This document shows positions 39,735 through 53,730 of a stretch of DNA of 64,000 bases, in pieces (the stretch's first letter is position 1; each line of letters opens with the position of its first letter). The translations under genes and the position numbers were made by a program. Location of the stretch: NCBI GenBank assembly GCA_951406725.2, contig OX597823.1, positions 32,426,001 through 32,490,000 on the forward strand, written 5' to 3'. Source of the DNA: Octopus vulgaris. Lineage: Eukaryota. The notes beneath the pieces were generated by a model that did not search any database, was not told the origin of the DNA, and saw only the letters and a list, made by a program, of their open reading frames with translations.

Positions 39735-39890
39735 GGACATCCAAAACTAAACATGAAAAACAAAAACATGGAGAATGAACTCTTTTTTCGAACAGCAAAA
39801 GAAACAAATAGAGAAACAAGACAGGTAACATAAAAAACAATCCCTTCATCAGTTGTCCCCTGTTTTATCTACTCTGTGTTTCGAACACTT
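39735..39890 (-). mobile_element. Short PLE-like fragment with hammerhead half-motifs
   Basis: Minus: TTC-GAAA-C-ACAGA-G-TA ... CAA-CTGATGA-AGGGA (TCATCAG at 39846-39852). Confidence 0.45.
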
Positions 39891-41137
39891 GGGTGCAGGT
39901 GTGGTTGTGGGGTAAGAAGCTATAAGTGCAGGCTTGGCTGTGTGGTAAGAAGCTATAAGTGCAGGCTTGGCTGTGTGGTAAGTAGCTTGCTTACCAACCA
40001 CATGGTTCTGGGTTCAGTCACACTATGTGGCACCTTGGGCAAGTGTCTTCTACTACGGCCTTTTGGCCGACCAATGCCTTGTGAGTAGATTTGGTAGATG
40101 GAAACTGGAAGAAGACTGTTGTATATATATGTGTATATATTTGTGCATGTGTTTGTATTTGTCCCCCCACCATCGCTTGACAACTGATGTTGGCATGTTT
40201 ACATCCCCATAACTTAGCAATTCGGCAAAAGAGACCGATAGAATAAGTACTAGGCTTACAAAGAATAAGTCCTGGGGTCAGTTTGTTCGACTAAAGGCGG
40301 TGCTGAAGCGTGGCTGCAGTCAAAATGACTGAAATGAAAGAATAAAAGGATATTACATACATGTACGTGTCATCATCATCATCATCATCATTTTAATGTC
40401 CCGTTTTCCATACTTACAGAAAGGATTTATTGGGGTAGATTTTCTATGGTCAGATGTCCTAATTGTTGTCAACGTTAACTTCTTTGGAAACAATGTAATA
40501 TTTCTCCGTGGCCAGATTTTTCACAGAAGATTGGTAATAAGTAACAGTGCTTGTATGATTGTGGTGATGCTCATTTACAGCTATCATGCGATGTCAACAC
40601 ACACACACGCCCCCACCTCTGCCCACGCCCACACTTCAATCAGTCAATTGAAGTCATCTGTTAAAAGAAAGAACTCAGTGTAACAAACAAAGTGATTGTC
40701 TTTTTACAACATGGCCAGATCTGCTCTCACGGCTCTCGTCAGCTTAGAATTTCCCTCCCAGTATATTTGTACTCCATTTTTTATGCACACTAACATTACA
40801 AATCTAATGGAGAATACTCCCTTTATTTCTAACCAACATCCTCCATGACAATGAAACAGTGTCCATATTTCACTGTTGTGCAGCATCATACAATCTGCTT
40901 TTCACTTGAAGAGAAAATCCTTTTGTTGTCTATAAAAGCATAAGCTAACTTCCTGAACTTTTTCCATTCTCTTCTTATTCTGGCCACTATACTTTCGAAG
41001 TGCCCACTATCACTACTATTCAGGTCCCCCAAGCTAACAGGAACCGTTAATAGAGAGCATTATGAGCATCTGAAAGGACTTTTACTATGGCTGTTCTTAC
41101 TACTAATTAATTCTGTATATCTGCCACACCTAAATTC

Positions 41138-41389
41138 TATTGTATAGCAGGGGGTCATTATGCCAATAATAAACACCTGCACTGGTTCCATTTCACTTCT
41201 TTATTTATTTGTCAATTGGTTAATCATTTAACCAATTAACTGATTGATGGTTTGATTGACTGAATGATTAATCAGACAATCAATCAGTTATTTAATTAAA
41301 TAGTTAACCAATTGACAAATAAATAAAGAAGAGAAATGGAACCACTGCACGTGCTTATTATTGATGCAGTGACCTCCCAAGATACAATA
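41138..41389. repeat. ~250-bp fold-back palindrome (MITE-like)
   Basis: CTTCTTTATTTATTTGTCAATTGGTTAA / TTAACCAATTGACAAATAAATAAAGAAG and pairing out to both ends. Confidence 0.85.
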
Positions 41390-41909
41390 TGTTTTAACAT
41401 AAAAGTTCACATAAAAAATCTTGCAAGCCAAATACAAAGCCCAAATCCCCAATGACTACCTTCTCTGCTAGCCTGCCTGCAATTCCACTTTACACATTTG
41501 GTCACCCACATAACCAGATGAAGTGAAAAACTCAGAGTCCCAAAAGAGTATGTCATCAGCTCCCATTGAATGTGTGTGTGTGTGTTTGGGTGGGTGGTTT
41601 TGTGTTCACATTGAAATTCCAGTCATTTTACTGTCAATTATTGAAGACAACATCCTGTTTGTCTATTCTATTATTTGTTTGTTGTTATCTGTGTTGTTCT
41701 CTATCTATGTGTTGCTGTTTTCCATTATGTTTTCTGAATTATTTCCCACACTGCATCATCATTCCTCACTTAATCATGTATACACACACACACACACATG
41801 CACATTTATAGATGTATATACATGTGTGTTTGCACATATTTGTGTATATATATATATGTATATATGTATATGTATATATATACATATTTGCACATGCGTG
41901 TATGTGTAA

Positions 41910-41953
<44 letters not shown>

Positions 41954-44170
41954 GTATATCTATGTAATCTTCCTCTCACTACCATCCACCATCTTATCTC
42001 TTTTTCTCACCATTTCTCATCAACTCTGACTAAGTCTGTGAAATTTTCCACTTGAACTTTTCATGGCAAAATTGTGTCAAACTTAAAGAGGAGAAGAGAA
42101 CATCCTGACATCTTCGCATGATTTTTGGGAGAAGAAGCGAAGCTTGAATGAACATTAAAAGGCACTCATTCCCCCCAACCCTGTTTCTCTCTTTCTGTGA
42201 CAAATAGAAGAATAACAAAATAATTTTTTTTTGGCTGCTCCCTTCAATGTTTTCTTCAATTCTGACTTTCCATTTCATTGTGATTCTTTACTCTCCATTC
42301 TTGCTTTCTCTTAGTCTATCTAATTATTATTCTTTTACTTGTTCTCTACTCTCTCTCTCTTTTACTCATTTTGTTTATTTTTCACAATGTATATATACTT
42401 CTATCTACCTATCCGTTTGTCTGTCTATCTCATCGATCTATAGATAGATACTATTTAATGTAATATATACCCGGAGATAAATATATTTAATATATATTCT
42501 TCTGTCTGTCAATGTATGTATTTGTGTGTGTGTGTGTGTGTTCTGTGTCCATCTGTCTGTCTGTCTGTCTATGTAGTTAATTTATATCCAATATATAATT
42601 GTCATATATTTCATTTAATTCTCAACTTGTGTATTCAAGGGAAGAGTAAATACAATTTGGTGATGATGTGAGGTGGTGATGATGATGGTGATGTTATTGT
42701 GGCATTAATAATGTGATTGTGGTGGAGTAGTAGTAGTGGTGGTGGTGATGGTGTTCGGGGTGTGATGTGGTATGAAGGTAGTGGTGGTGGTGATGGGGAT
42801 GCAGTTGTGATGGGTTGCAGTGGTGTTGGTGGTGATGCTGGCAGCAGAGATGTAATGATAATGATGGTGGTGATGACTTTATATATATATATTCAATCAT
42901 TTCTTCATTTCTTTTTTTTTTATATTTCTTCAAATTTTGTGCTTCCATACTTTTTCCTCAAGGCTCTTCTATCTCTGCTCTCCCCTATCTCCTTTCTCTC
43001 CTCGGTGTCCTTTATCATCCTCTTGTCTTTACTCTCCTCCACCATCAACCATTCTTTCTAGCTTGCTCATCTTGACTGAAACAACTTCATGCTATTTACA
43101 TACAAATATGTTAGCATGCCTTCACTTGCCTGTATGCACACGCGCACACACCCACACCCACCCACATACACACACATACGAACGCACACACGCACATAAA
43201 TACCTGCACTATTCTGTGAATACAAAGATACAAACACACAGATAAAGATACATACTTGCTCACACGTCATCCTTCACACATACACATGCTCACATAAAGA
43301 TACCATCATTCTTTACACTTATGCACCCATCCACACACACATACACATTTGCTCAGAAAAAGACACTTATTCCTCGCACATATGTACATAGACACACACA
43401 CACACATAAACACACACACACATAAAGAGTTGTTCACATTATCACTCTTTACACATATACACATACACACACTTTTGTTCAAACACTGTCGCCCCTCACG
43501 TATATATACACATACACACACAAACACTTGCTCACATAAACACACTGAATCTTTACACCCATACAAACATATTTACTTAAACATAGATACTCTCACCTCT
43601 CACACATATATGCACACACACACACACATTTGTCCATAAATGCATTCTCACTCCTCAATCTTACACATACACACAGACAAAGGATTCTCTTACATAATAT
43701 ACATATATACACGTATATATGCATGCTTACTTATGCACAGACAGACAGACAGACACACATGAATATTGGAAGTAATTCCTATTAAAAATTCATATAAAAT
43801 ATTGTAGATATTAAGTGAGGAAATATTTGGTAATACTGTGGCAGGTTGTTACTTAGATGTAGTGGTTGTGTAAATACGCACACACAGACACACACACACA
43901 CACACACACACACTGAGTGTACAGTGGCAAAAACGCATTCACAGATAGAATTACACAACAATGATCACACATACATATAAACATTACAACACATATATGC
44001 ACTCACCTTCACATATGCACATAGATGATACTTATAAAGATTATAACATCAAGGACACATATACAAACATAACAGCCATACATATATACATAAAAGTCAT
44101 ACACACACACAAATGTAAAGTATAAACACATACATATAAACATAACATGAATATGCATAACAATGACATA

Positions 44171-44676
44171 TCTATATATATAAAACTCTAGTTGTGTGAG
44201 TGTCTGTCCCCTTCGATTTAGATTCCTAACTCCTCCCACATTTTGCGGTGCAGTTTAACCAAATTCGGGTATCTTATAGTCGTGATTCATATCGAGCCCG
44301 TCTGACTATTAGCGCGCGTCAATGATGAGTCTACGATTTTAAAAATAATTTAACATCATTTTTTATTCCATTTTAATGCATAAAATGCATCGTATGTCGA
44401 TGGCGGTGGAGTTGGCGTCCACGCTCACAGCTGCACCTGTTTGCTTCTCCTCCTTCCCTCCTTCGTGAAGCTGTGGGGAAGGGAGTGTAAAGAAATCAAC
44501 GTCGTAATGCGTTGTCAAGGAAACCAGCGTTCTTTTAGAACAACGACTTCATGGCTTGAAGACACCAAAACAAAAATGGCTAAGAAAGCCCGAATTTATA
44601 AGGGAAGTAACTCTCTAAAAATGCTTATATAGTTATTTCCCTTACAAACCCGAGCAACGCCGGGCGATACTGCTAG
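44171..44676 (+). mobile_element. Non-autonomous Helitron, young
   Basis: A|TC start (TCTATATATATAAAA), subterminal hairpin CCCG-AGCAACGC-CGGG, CTAG|T end, no TSD, CpG-rich interior. Confidence 0.85.
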
Positions 44677-44714
44677 TATATATATATATATATTTATATA
44701 TTCTTTTTTGTTTT

Positions 44715-44919
44715 CCTTTTCTTTTATTTGTTTCAGTCATTTTGACTGTGGCCATGCAGGAGCACTGCCTTTAGTCAGGCAAATTGACCACAGGACTTAT
44801 TCTTTCTAAGCCTAGTACTTATTCTATTGGTCTCTGTGCCAAACCGCTAAGTTATGGGGACGTAAACACACCAGCATCGGTTTTCAACCGATAGTGGTGG
44901 GACGAACAGAGACACACAA

Positions 44920-44960
<41 letters not shown>

Positions 44961-45125
44961 CGATGGGCTTCTTTCAGTTTCCGTCTACCAAATCCACTTA
45001 CAAGGCTTTGGTTGGCCCAAGGCTATAGTAGAAAACACTTACCCAAGGTGCCACGCAATGGGACTGAACCTGGAACCATGTAGTTTGTAAGCAAGCTATT
45101 TGCCACACAGCCATGCCTGCACCTA
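44715..45125 (-). mobile_element. SINE family A
   Basis: Reverse complement of family A. Confidence 0.85.
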
Positions 45126-45854
45126 TATACAAACATTATAACAGTCACATGTAAAAAAAAACATAGCATTACACATGTGCAGCATATGTAAATATTTGGG
45201 TATATCTGCACACACATTAAAGAAGCTATGCAACACACAACAACATACAATAAAATTTACATATTACAATAATCTTACAGCTGAATTTTTGAAATTTCTT
45301 CTGTTGCTATAGTTACCCTATTTTCCATATAATACTTTTAAAATCAATCCTATTTCATATTCACTCACAGACACACAGAGATAAATAAATAAATGTTTTA
45401 GGAGCAGTTTTAGGGGCAAGTGTCTTCTACTACAGCCTTAGGCTGACCAGAACCTTATAAGTGAATTTGGTCAATGGAAACTGAAAGAAACTCAACATGT
45501 GTGTTTGTGTTTGTCTCCCTGATGCTTGACAGCCAGTGTTGGTTTTTATTTATGTCCCCATAACTTATTCTATCAGTCTCTTTTGCCGAGCCACTAAATA
45601 CGAATCTTAAAAATAAGTACCGAGGTGAGTTTGTTCAACTAAAATTCCTCAAGGTGGTACCTCAGCATGAGCTGCAGTTTAATGACTGAAGCGAGTAAAA
45701 GAAAATAGAAAGAAAGATATACATATATCATCATCGCCGTCATCATCATCATCATTATCAATTAATGCCCTCTTTTCCATGCTGGTATGTGTTGGACTGA
45801 TATATTTTATGATTAGCAGTCCTTGCATGAAATTTTTCTCTATTTTTTAGACAA

Positions 45855-45942
45855 ATATTACCCTGATGAGATTCATATACATAAATTTGAATTTTTTTAT
45901 GAATTCACAAGTGGATATGAATGAAACAAATTATAGGATATA
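45855..45942 (+). ncRNA. Degenerate type I hammerhead-like motif
   Basis: CC-CTGATGA(45863)-G-ATTCATAT..ATATGAAT-GAAA(45923)-CAAATT-ATA-GG; 8-bp stem II. Confidence 0.5.
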
Positions 45943-46149
45943 TACTTGTTTTAATTATTTATTATATTATATTGTATTTTTATTAGCATAATAATATTAT
46001 ATTGTTAATAAATTCATAATATGTCAATTGTATTTCTTTATTTCCTTTAATATATATATATATATATATAAGTAACCATTTTATTTTTGGTATACACTTT
46101 GATACTTTGTAGTTTGTTTCTATCCTTGTATACTTTACTTTATTTCTTG

Positions 46150-46750
46150 TATGGGCAAGAATTATTTATCATGCCTTAGTTCTTTATGGAGAAGCATAGT
46201 ACACTAAAATTATTCAGGTTCATCTCAACTAAATTTCCATCTTTACATTGCATGCAGCTGCCAAGTTCAACCAAATTTGTATGCTTCACTCAATGTTAGG
46301 GAGTCAATATCCTTAATTGTTTGAACTCTTCAAGTTTGTAAAATTCTTTTCCATCATTTCTTGTTGATTTTCACCAACATCTTGATTGTCTGCTTCTTCA
46401 TATTCATACCGTTTATCGAAATCAAGAATATTCTGATCGATTAATTCTTCTGAATGGAATCACGAATGTCTGCATCATCTTTTTCTTTTATCCCAAAACA
46501 TCAAGATATTTTTTTCTACCTTTTTTATCTGCACTTGTTACCTCACCTTTTAATTAACATTGTGAATTCCTGTTTGAGTTTAGAATTTGTAAACTCAACC
46601 AGATCTTGCAGTAGAAGTTTCTTCAGATGCTGCTAGAATCCGATTTCCTTTTGTTAAGTGCAGAGATGATTAATGTTTCCATTTCGCATGTAATGGTGCT
46701 TAAGGGAATTTGTTTTTGGTTGCAATCTTCCAATGATTTAATCTGTTGCT
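46150..46750 (-). pseudogene. pogo/Tigger transposase C-terminal fossil
   Basis: Minus strand DDADIRD../HSEELIDQNILDFD..EYEEAD..LPNIE*S resembles the Tigger acidic tail (SH.EELT..DL.EL; DPN.ERS). Confidence 0.5.
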
Positions 46751-46902
46751 CCATTTAAACCTTTTGTTACAATATTTCTGCTGAAATACCCTTCTTTTGC
46801 TTCAATTATTTTCAAAATAATGGTGACTTCATCAATTATTATGTTAGTGTTTGAAACATAAATTGACATGAATTTTGATGGAAGCTTTTAATTTATATCA
46901 TT

Positions 46903-47133
46903 TTAACCCTTTTGTTACCATATTTTTATTGAAATAAACTGCCTTTGCTCCAATTAATTCTGAAAATAATAACAGATTTAGTAAAATAACTTTACAATTT
47001 ATTAAATTAGGGTTTGAAACATAAATTGACATGAAATTTTGATGGAAGCTTTTAATTTAGATCATTTAAAACAGGAACTTTACATTGTGGAAGCAGGGGT
47101 GGGCCTGAATGGGTTGGTATCAAAAGGGATTAA
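46903..47133. mobile_element. piggyBac-type MITE, preceded by a partial copy at 46756-46902
   Basis: TTAACCCTTTTGTTAC ... GTATCAAAAGGGATTAA. Confidence 0.75.
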
Positions 47134-48191
47134 CATTACCTCCTGGTCCTTGGCTGCTTCAGCAGTGTCTATTCAGTTGCAAGCATTCATTCTAAATGTT
47201 TGCTCTGATGAATACGTTCCTCCCACCAGTTACAAAAACCTTGAAAAGGGTCATGTGTAGTGCTGCCTTTCTTCTTCTGGTTAAGTTATTAATCATCTCC
47301 ACCACCATCATCATCATCATCATCATAGTTTAAAATCCACTTTTCCATGCTTGCATGGTTCAGATGAAGTGTAGTGAAGCAGATTTTCTACAGCTGGACA
47401 CCCTTCCTGTCACTAACCCTTACCTGTTTCTAAGCAAAACAATATTTCCCCATTAACAGACTTGTCACAAACTTGGAAACGAATGACACTGCTTGTATGA
47501 CAGTGACACTCATTTACAACTACCACACAATGTCAAGACAAGGAGACACAAACATACATGTTCACACACACACACACACACACATTTATGATGGGTTTCT
47601 TTCAGTTTCCATCTTCCAAATCTACTCACAAGGCTTTGATCAGCCTGGGGCTAGAATAGAAGACACTTGCCCAAAGTGCTGCCAGCAAGATTGAACCCAA
47701 AACAAAGTGGTTAGCAAGAAGACTTTCTAAGCACATTGTCACAAAGACACAAGACATGCCGTTTCCATTAAAATATTATTTTGATTCCTTGGAGTTTCCA
47801 TATTGGAAGTTAATCATGCTTTAACCTTTTCCTATTTTCTGTTACTGGTTTCAGTCATTTCACTGCAGCCATGCTGGAGTTACTGCCTTAAGCATAATCA
47901 TTTATTTTCCTTGTAAATGTTCACGTTACTGCTTCATCGATTCCCAGCTCTCATCCTATTTTTACTTTACTTGTGAGTGGATTCGGAAGATACAAACAGA
48001 AAGAAACCACCATCACATAATGTGTGTGTGTGTGTGTAATTGTCTTAAGTAAATATTAAAAAGAAAGGAGGAAGCAGTGTTGTGGCAAAGATGGTAAATT
48101 CTAAAGTCATAAAGTAACCAATTTTTACCCCTGTATCTTCTGTGTTCAAATCCTGTCAAGGTTGACTTTGCATTTTACACTTCAAGAGTTA

Positions 48192-48253
<62 letters not shown>

Positions 48254-48624
48254 TCTAGTTAATTCATTTGACAGAAAAATAATTAAAAAACCTTCCCTTA
48301 GAAATTTCTGGCCATATTCCAATGTGAGAACTCCAAATAATTGTAAAATATGTCTAATTAATCTAATTTGAATTCATATCTCCTGAGATGTAGCAAAATT
48401 TTCAATGCCATCATCATCTTCACCATCATCAACATCACCAGCATCGAAATCAGAATTTACTATCATCATATTTTCGAGGCTGTATAGGCTTGCATGCCCA
48501 TAGCCGGCACTCTGCCAAATTGTTTGATGTTCTAAGTTGATAAAACTTCAGAGTAAATAGGTAATGCTGTTTGATCATGAAAAACCTGTTTAATTGTGGT
48601 GGAGGCTTTTTACTTCCATCATCG

Positions 48625-48660
<36 letters not shown>

Positions 48661-49174
48661 CCACCACCACCAATGGTAAGATGGCCAAGTGTGAGAAGGT
48701 ACTGGACAATCTACTTCTTGATTGTAACTTCAAAACTCACTGCTGGTACTTCTAGGCAGAAAATTTTATTCTGTATCAACACAGTTGAGTTTTTTTTTGT
48801 TTTTTTTTTTTGTGGAAATCATCTGGGGAAGTTATCTACATTAAGCTGGCCAGTGTGTGTAAAGGGTGGCATGTGTATGTGTGCATTGGCTGGTGTATGT
48901 ATGTAATGGCTGATGTGTGTGTGTTGGTATATGTATATGCGAATGTACCAGTTAGTGTCACTGACCAAAAAAAAATGGTTCACTCTCTACTTCACAATTC
49001 ATCAATCAGTTATGAAGGTCATTCTTTCGTCTATAAAAACAGATTCCATTTTCCTTTTCATAGTGCAGTAGTCAACACTAGGAAGGTCATTCATCCAAAT
49101 GAACTGCATAAATAATGGTTCTAGCTGAGAAAAACCATCCACTCAGTCATGCCATTGGGTGGAAAATACCAAAC

Positions 49175-49627
49175 CTATACCAGTGCCGCATAACCAGCCC
49201 CAGCCCACTCAAAAGTACCTTGGATTGTAGGATGACATGCTGTGCTTAAGGAGACCTATTTAGTCAAGTACATCAAAATCAAAATCAAATGGAAATTGTA
49301 GTTGTGACCCTGTGCCGATGGCACATAAAAAAGCACCATTCGAATGTGGCTGATGCCAGCGCTGCCTTGACTGGCTTCCATGCTGGTGGCATGTAAAAAA
49401 CACCAACAGATAGTGGTTGTTGCCAGCCTCCTCTGGCCCCTGTGCTGGTGGCACGTAAAAAGCACCCACTACACTCTCGGAGTGGTTGGTGTTAGGAAGG
49501 GAATCCAGCTGTAGAAACATTGCCAGATCAGACTGGAGCCTTGTGCAGCCTCCTGGCTTCCCAGACCCTGGTCGAACCGCCCAATCCATGCTAGCATGGA
49601 AAACAGACGTTAAATGATGATGATGAT
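49175..49627 (+). mobile_element. RTE 3' tail (family C)
   Basis: Reverse of 343-790. Confidence 0.8.
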
Positions 49628-52600
49628 ATATATAACTAATTCCACTGTTTGTTTTGACATGGCTTGGGGCTAGTTGATTACATTGACCCCAGTGCTCTGC
49701 TTATTTTACTGACCCTGAAAGGACAAAAGGCAAAGTCAATCTTGACAGTTTGGACTCAGAACATAGAGGTGGACAAATAAAAACAACAACAATAATGGTT
49801 TTTGATTTAGATACAAGGCCAGCAAAAAAGTTGTTTGTCTATACAGTTATGGGGAAAACTGCAGTCTAATGCACTTTCTGAGTGGCAAGCCTAATGAAAA
49901 AGGTTGCCTTTATCTGGTCTATACTGTCAACTCTAGCACTTGACTCTCTTAAGAAACCACCTTCACTTCTTTCTTTGTTTCTCTTCTGAACTTGGTTGCA
50001 TTTGAACTCAGAATATGAAGAGTCAAGAGAAGTGCTAAGTACAAAGCCAGTAAGAAATATGCTAGTTGATACCATCAACCCTAGTCCTTTCCTTTATTGA
50101 CTCTGGAGGAATGTAAGAGAAAGTTGACCTGGGTGGGATTTGAACTCGGAATGCCAAGACAAATGCTGCAAGGTATTTTTTCTGATACCAATAATAATTT
50201 CAATAATAAGACTGTGTAGTATAATTTTTGTCCTTTGGTAGCAACTGTTATTTCCCATTATCTTACCTTGAGAAAGTATGAAAACTGGCTAATATTTCCT
50301 TCAAAATTTGCTTTTGTTACGTTTATTCAAGCCCCAAAGAATCCCTCTTGACACATGGCTATGATGCTCCTCCATTACTCCTGCTCATGATCAGAGATGA
50401 CGTATTGTTAGTCACTAAGGGACATGCTCAACTGGTTAAGGTCAAACAACTTTTCTACTCTAGGCACAAGGCCTGAAATTTTTGGTGAAGGAGCCAATCG
50501 ATTATATCGACCCCAGGCAAAGTCAACCATAGCAGCATTTGAACTCAGAATGTAAAGACAGACAAAATATCACTAAACATTTCGCCCGGTGTGCTAATGT
50601 TTCTGCCAGCTCACTGCTTGTTAGAGTCAAGCAACTGATAAGCAAATCAAGATGTTAAGCAGAATATTTGCTATAATGATATTTCTACTTCTGCATCTCA
50701 GCACTGAATCTGTCTGAAATGTAATGGAAAATAGGTCAGTTTGCAAACATTGATGTCCAGGTCACAAAAGCAAAGTTTGAAAGGATTAGTCATCATTTCT
50801 GCTTAGAAGCAAATAGGGAATAACACTTACTGACCAAAGACCAAACAAGAAAAACAATTAAAATTTTGCTACACAGTGTTATTGATTAATAAAAGAGCAA
50901 AATATCTAATTGGATGGTATATTGTGTCAGTGATATCATTTCCAACGAGAAATATGTGAAGCTAAACTTGACTGAACTAGAACTTTGAACCACTAAGATG
51001 CCGAACAAATGAACAATCTAAGACAGTAACAAGCAAAATGATTTCTTAATATTCCATTATTTGAAAATTTAATTTGTCGATTTTCATATGTTTGAAAACC
51101 AGAGAATTGGGTGTAGTCAGCTAAAATGTAATTCAAAGGCTTTAGTTCTTATCTTCTTCCTCCATTTCCTCTTTTCTGCTAGGCATATTTCTTGAGATTT
51201 TATAGAAATTATGAAAATTATGTCACGCGTGATGATTGGAAGGGAACAAAACAGAAATCTTGAAAATTTTAACAAAACCCTCCACCTCACCACTGCCAAC
51301 AACACATCTAAGGCAAACTACTGAAGGAAAGATGGCAGGATATCAACATTTTAAGATTTTTATGCACAGAGACAATATGATTTGTTACATAATTCAGATG
51401 ATTTGTCTGGAATTCATCTCAAATGTCTCCATTCTCTCCCCAAACATTTTTTCATGCTCTTCTTTCTACAATATTCCGCAATATCCTTATCTCTCCCCTC
51501 CTACCACTCCTCTGTGCTTTAACCTTGCTCTCTTAAGAAGCCACCTTCACTTCTTTCTTTGTTTCTCTTCTGACTCCCTGCCACTACCACCACCATTTCA
51601 CATACCACCATTACCACAACCACCTACCACCTTCACTAATACCACCAACACTGCCCACTATTACCGTTGACATCAACACCACCCCTTTCACTACCCCTCC
51701 ACCATCACCATGGCTACTATCTCCACGCTATCACCACTACCACCACCACCACCATCACCACTACCATCACCACCACCTTCTCTACTCCCACCACCACCAT
51801 CACCTTCAATTACTCATTCCTTCCAATCTCTCTTATATTCCACTCAACATTTTTTCCAGAACTACTCCCCCTCCTACTTTCACTGTCACCCTCTTCTAGT
51901 CATTTCCCTCTCCTTTTGCTTTGTTACCACTCCCTTAGCTATATCTCCCACCTCACCTCCATCCCCCTACAACCCCAACCACCACCATTTTGTTTGGATC
52001 CACTTGAAAAAAATGTCATATTTTTAACAAAACTCATTTCTTTTTTGATATTTACAGTTTCTTCTGTCATATATCCAACACTCTACTACTACTACTACAA
52101 CACAAATACATTTGAATACATTCAGACACATGAGAGAGCAGAAAAAGAAAGAGTAAAGAGAAAGGGCAGGAGGAAAAGTGAGAGATGGGGAAATAGGAGA
52201 GACAGAGAGGGAGGGAGAGAGATAGGGGGAAGAGACAAGGGAGAGATAGGAGAGACAGAGAAGGGGAGAGAGAGATAAGGGAAGAGACAAGGGAGAGAGG
52301 TGAGAGAAAGACAGTAAGTACTCAATACATGTAATTCAAAAGTTTTTTCACTCGTTTGAAGCTGAAGTTTTCACTTCGTTGCAAACTTTATATTTTTATT
52401 GATTTGGTCTGAAAGACAGGAGGTTGTTTGTGTCTCTTGCTTTCACAGGCCCTCTCAGATCAACGAGATAGTGCAGTGTTTAAGTTTTAATTAAGTGTGC
52501 GTGTGAGAGAGTCATCTCGCCATGTTGGACTGCTGAATTCTACACAGTTTTTTCCTCTCCATTTTTTTCATCTTATTTCTTTGTCGAAGAGCGTAGGCTT

Positions 52601-52709
52601 AAAACATGAAGGACTTTTTCATTCTTCCCGAACGTTAAACAAACAATACACCTGCTTGTTGTTCCTACACCTGTCTTTGTCTTTTGTTTTACTGTAAATT
52701 TGAACTATG

Positions 52710-53356
52710 TACAGTAATCCCTTGACTATCGCTGGTGTTACATTCCAAAATCCCCTGCAATAGGTGAAAGTCCACAAAGTAGAAACAGTACTCTATTCTT
52801 TTATTCTTTTACTTGTTTCAGTCATTTGACTGCGGCCATGCTGGAGCACCACCTTTAGTCGAGCAAATCGACCCCGGGACTTATTCTTTGTAAGCCCAGT
52901 ACTTATTCTATCGGTCTCTTTTGCCGAACCGCTAAGTGACGGGGATGTAAACACACCAGCATCGGTTGTCAAGCAATGCTAGGGGGACAAAAACACACAC
53001 ACACACATACACACACACATATATATATATACATATATACGACAGGCTTCTTTCAGTTTCCGTCTACCAAATTCACTCACAAGGCATTGGACGGCTCGGG
53101 GCTATAGCAGAAGACACTTGCCCAAGATGCCACGCAGTGGGACTGAACCCAGAACCATGTGGTTGGTTAGCAAGCTACTTACCACACAGCCATTCCTGTG
53201 CCTATATAATTTTTTTTATTATTTTCATAATTTGTATATATTTATGTTATCATAAATGCAAAACAACACCATGGAGGAATCGATGTAAGCTTAAATAATA
53301 AACCATGATAGATGAACCACGATAGGTGAACCATAATATGGTGAGGAATTACTGTA
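52710..53356. mobile_element. Tigger/pogo-type MITE split by a minus-strand family A SINE (~52797-53205)
   Basis: TA|CAGTAATCCCTTGACTAT ... ATATGGTGAGGAATTACTG|TA. Confidence 0.75.
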
Positions 53357-53369
53357 TGTATGTATGTCT

Positions 53370-53730
53370 GAAGGTAGATCTCTGGACACTGAGCCTTACA
53401 AAGGAGATGACTGAGGAGTGAGATATCTGGTGACTTGCTGTACTCAAGAAGACTCACCCACCACAGCAGAGTTGTTAATGCTCCCCCCAACCCACCATCT
53501 GAAGAAGTTCTCACCTTGCAAGCCCCTTGTACTGGTCCACATGTATTGGTTCATGTAAAAAGCACCCAGTACATTCTGTAAAGTGGTTGCCATTAGGAAG
53601 GGCATCAAGTCCTAGAAACCAAGTCGAATCACACTGGACCCTGGTGCAGCTCTCTACCTTGCCAGCTCTGGTCAAACTGTCCAACTCATACCAGCATGGA
53701 AAACAGACATTGAAAAATGATGATGATATA
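53370..53730 (+). mobile_element. Older RTE 3' fragment
   Basis: DLWTLSLTKEMTEE-like ORF end followed by a family C-type tail. Confidence 0.6.

Noticed and set aside
39905-39980. Tandem ~36-bp repeats
   Set aside because: Local duplication of a SINE A head; similar trivial duplications at 4247-4300 and 17271-17312
51667-52278. 203-aa ORF
   Set aside because: Built from (CAC)n and GA-rich low-complexity sequence
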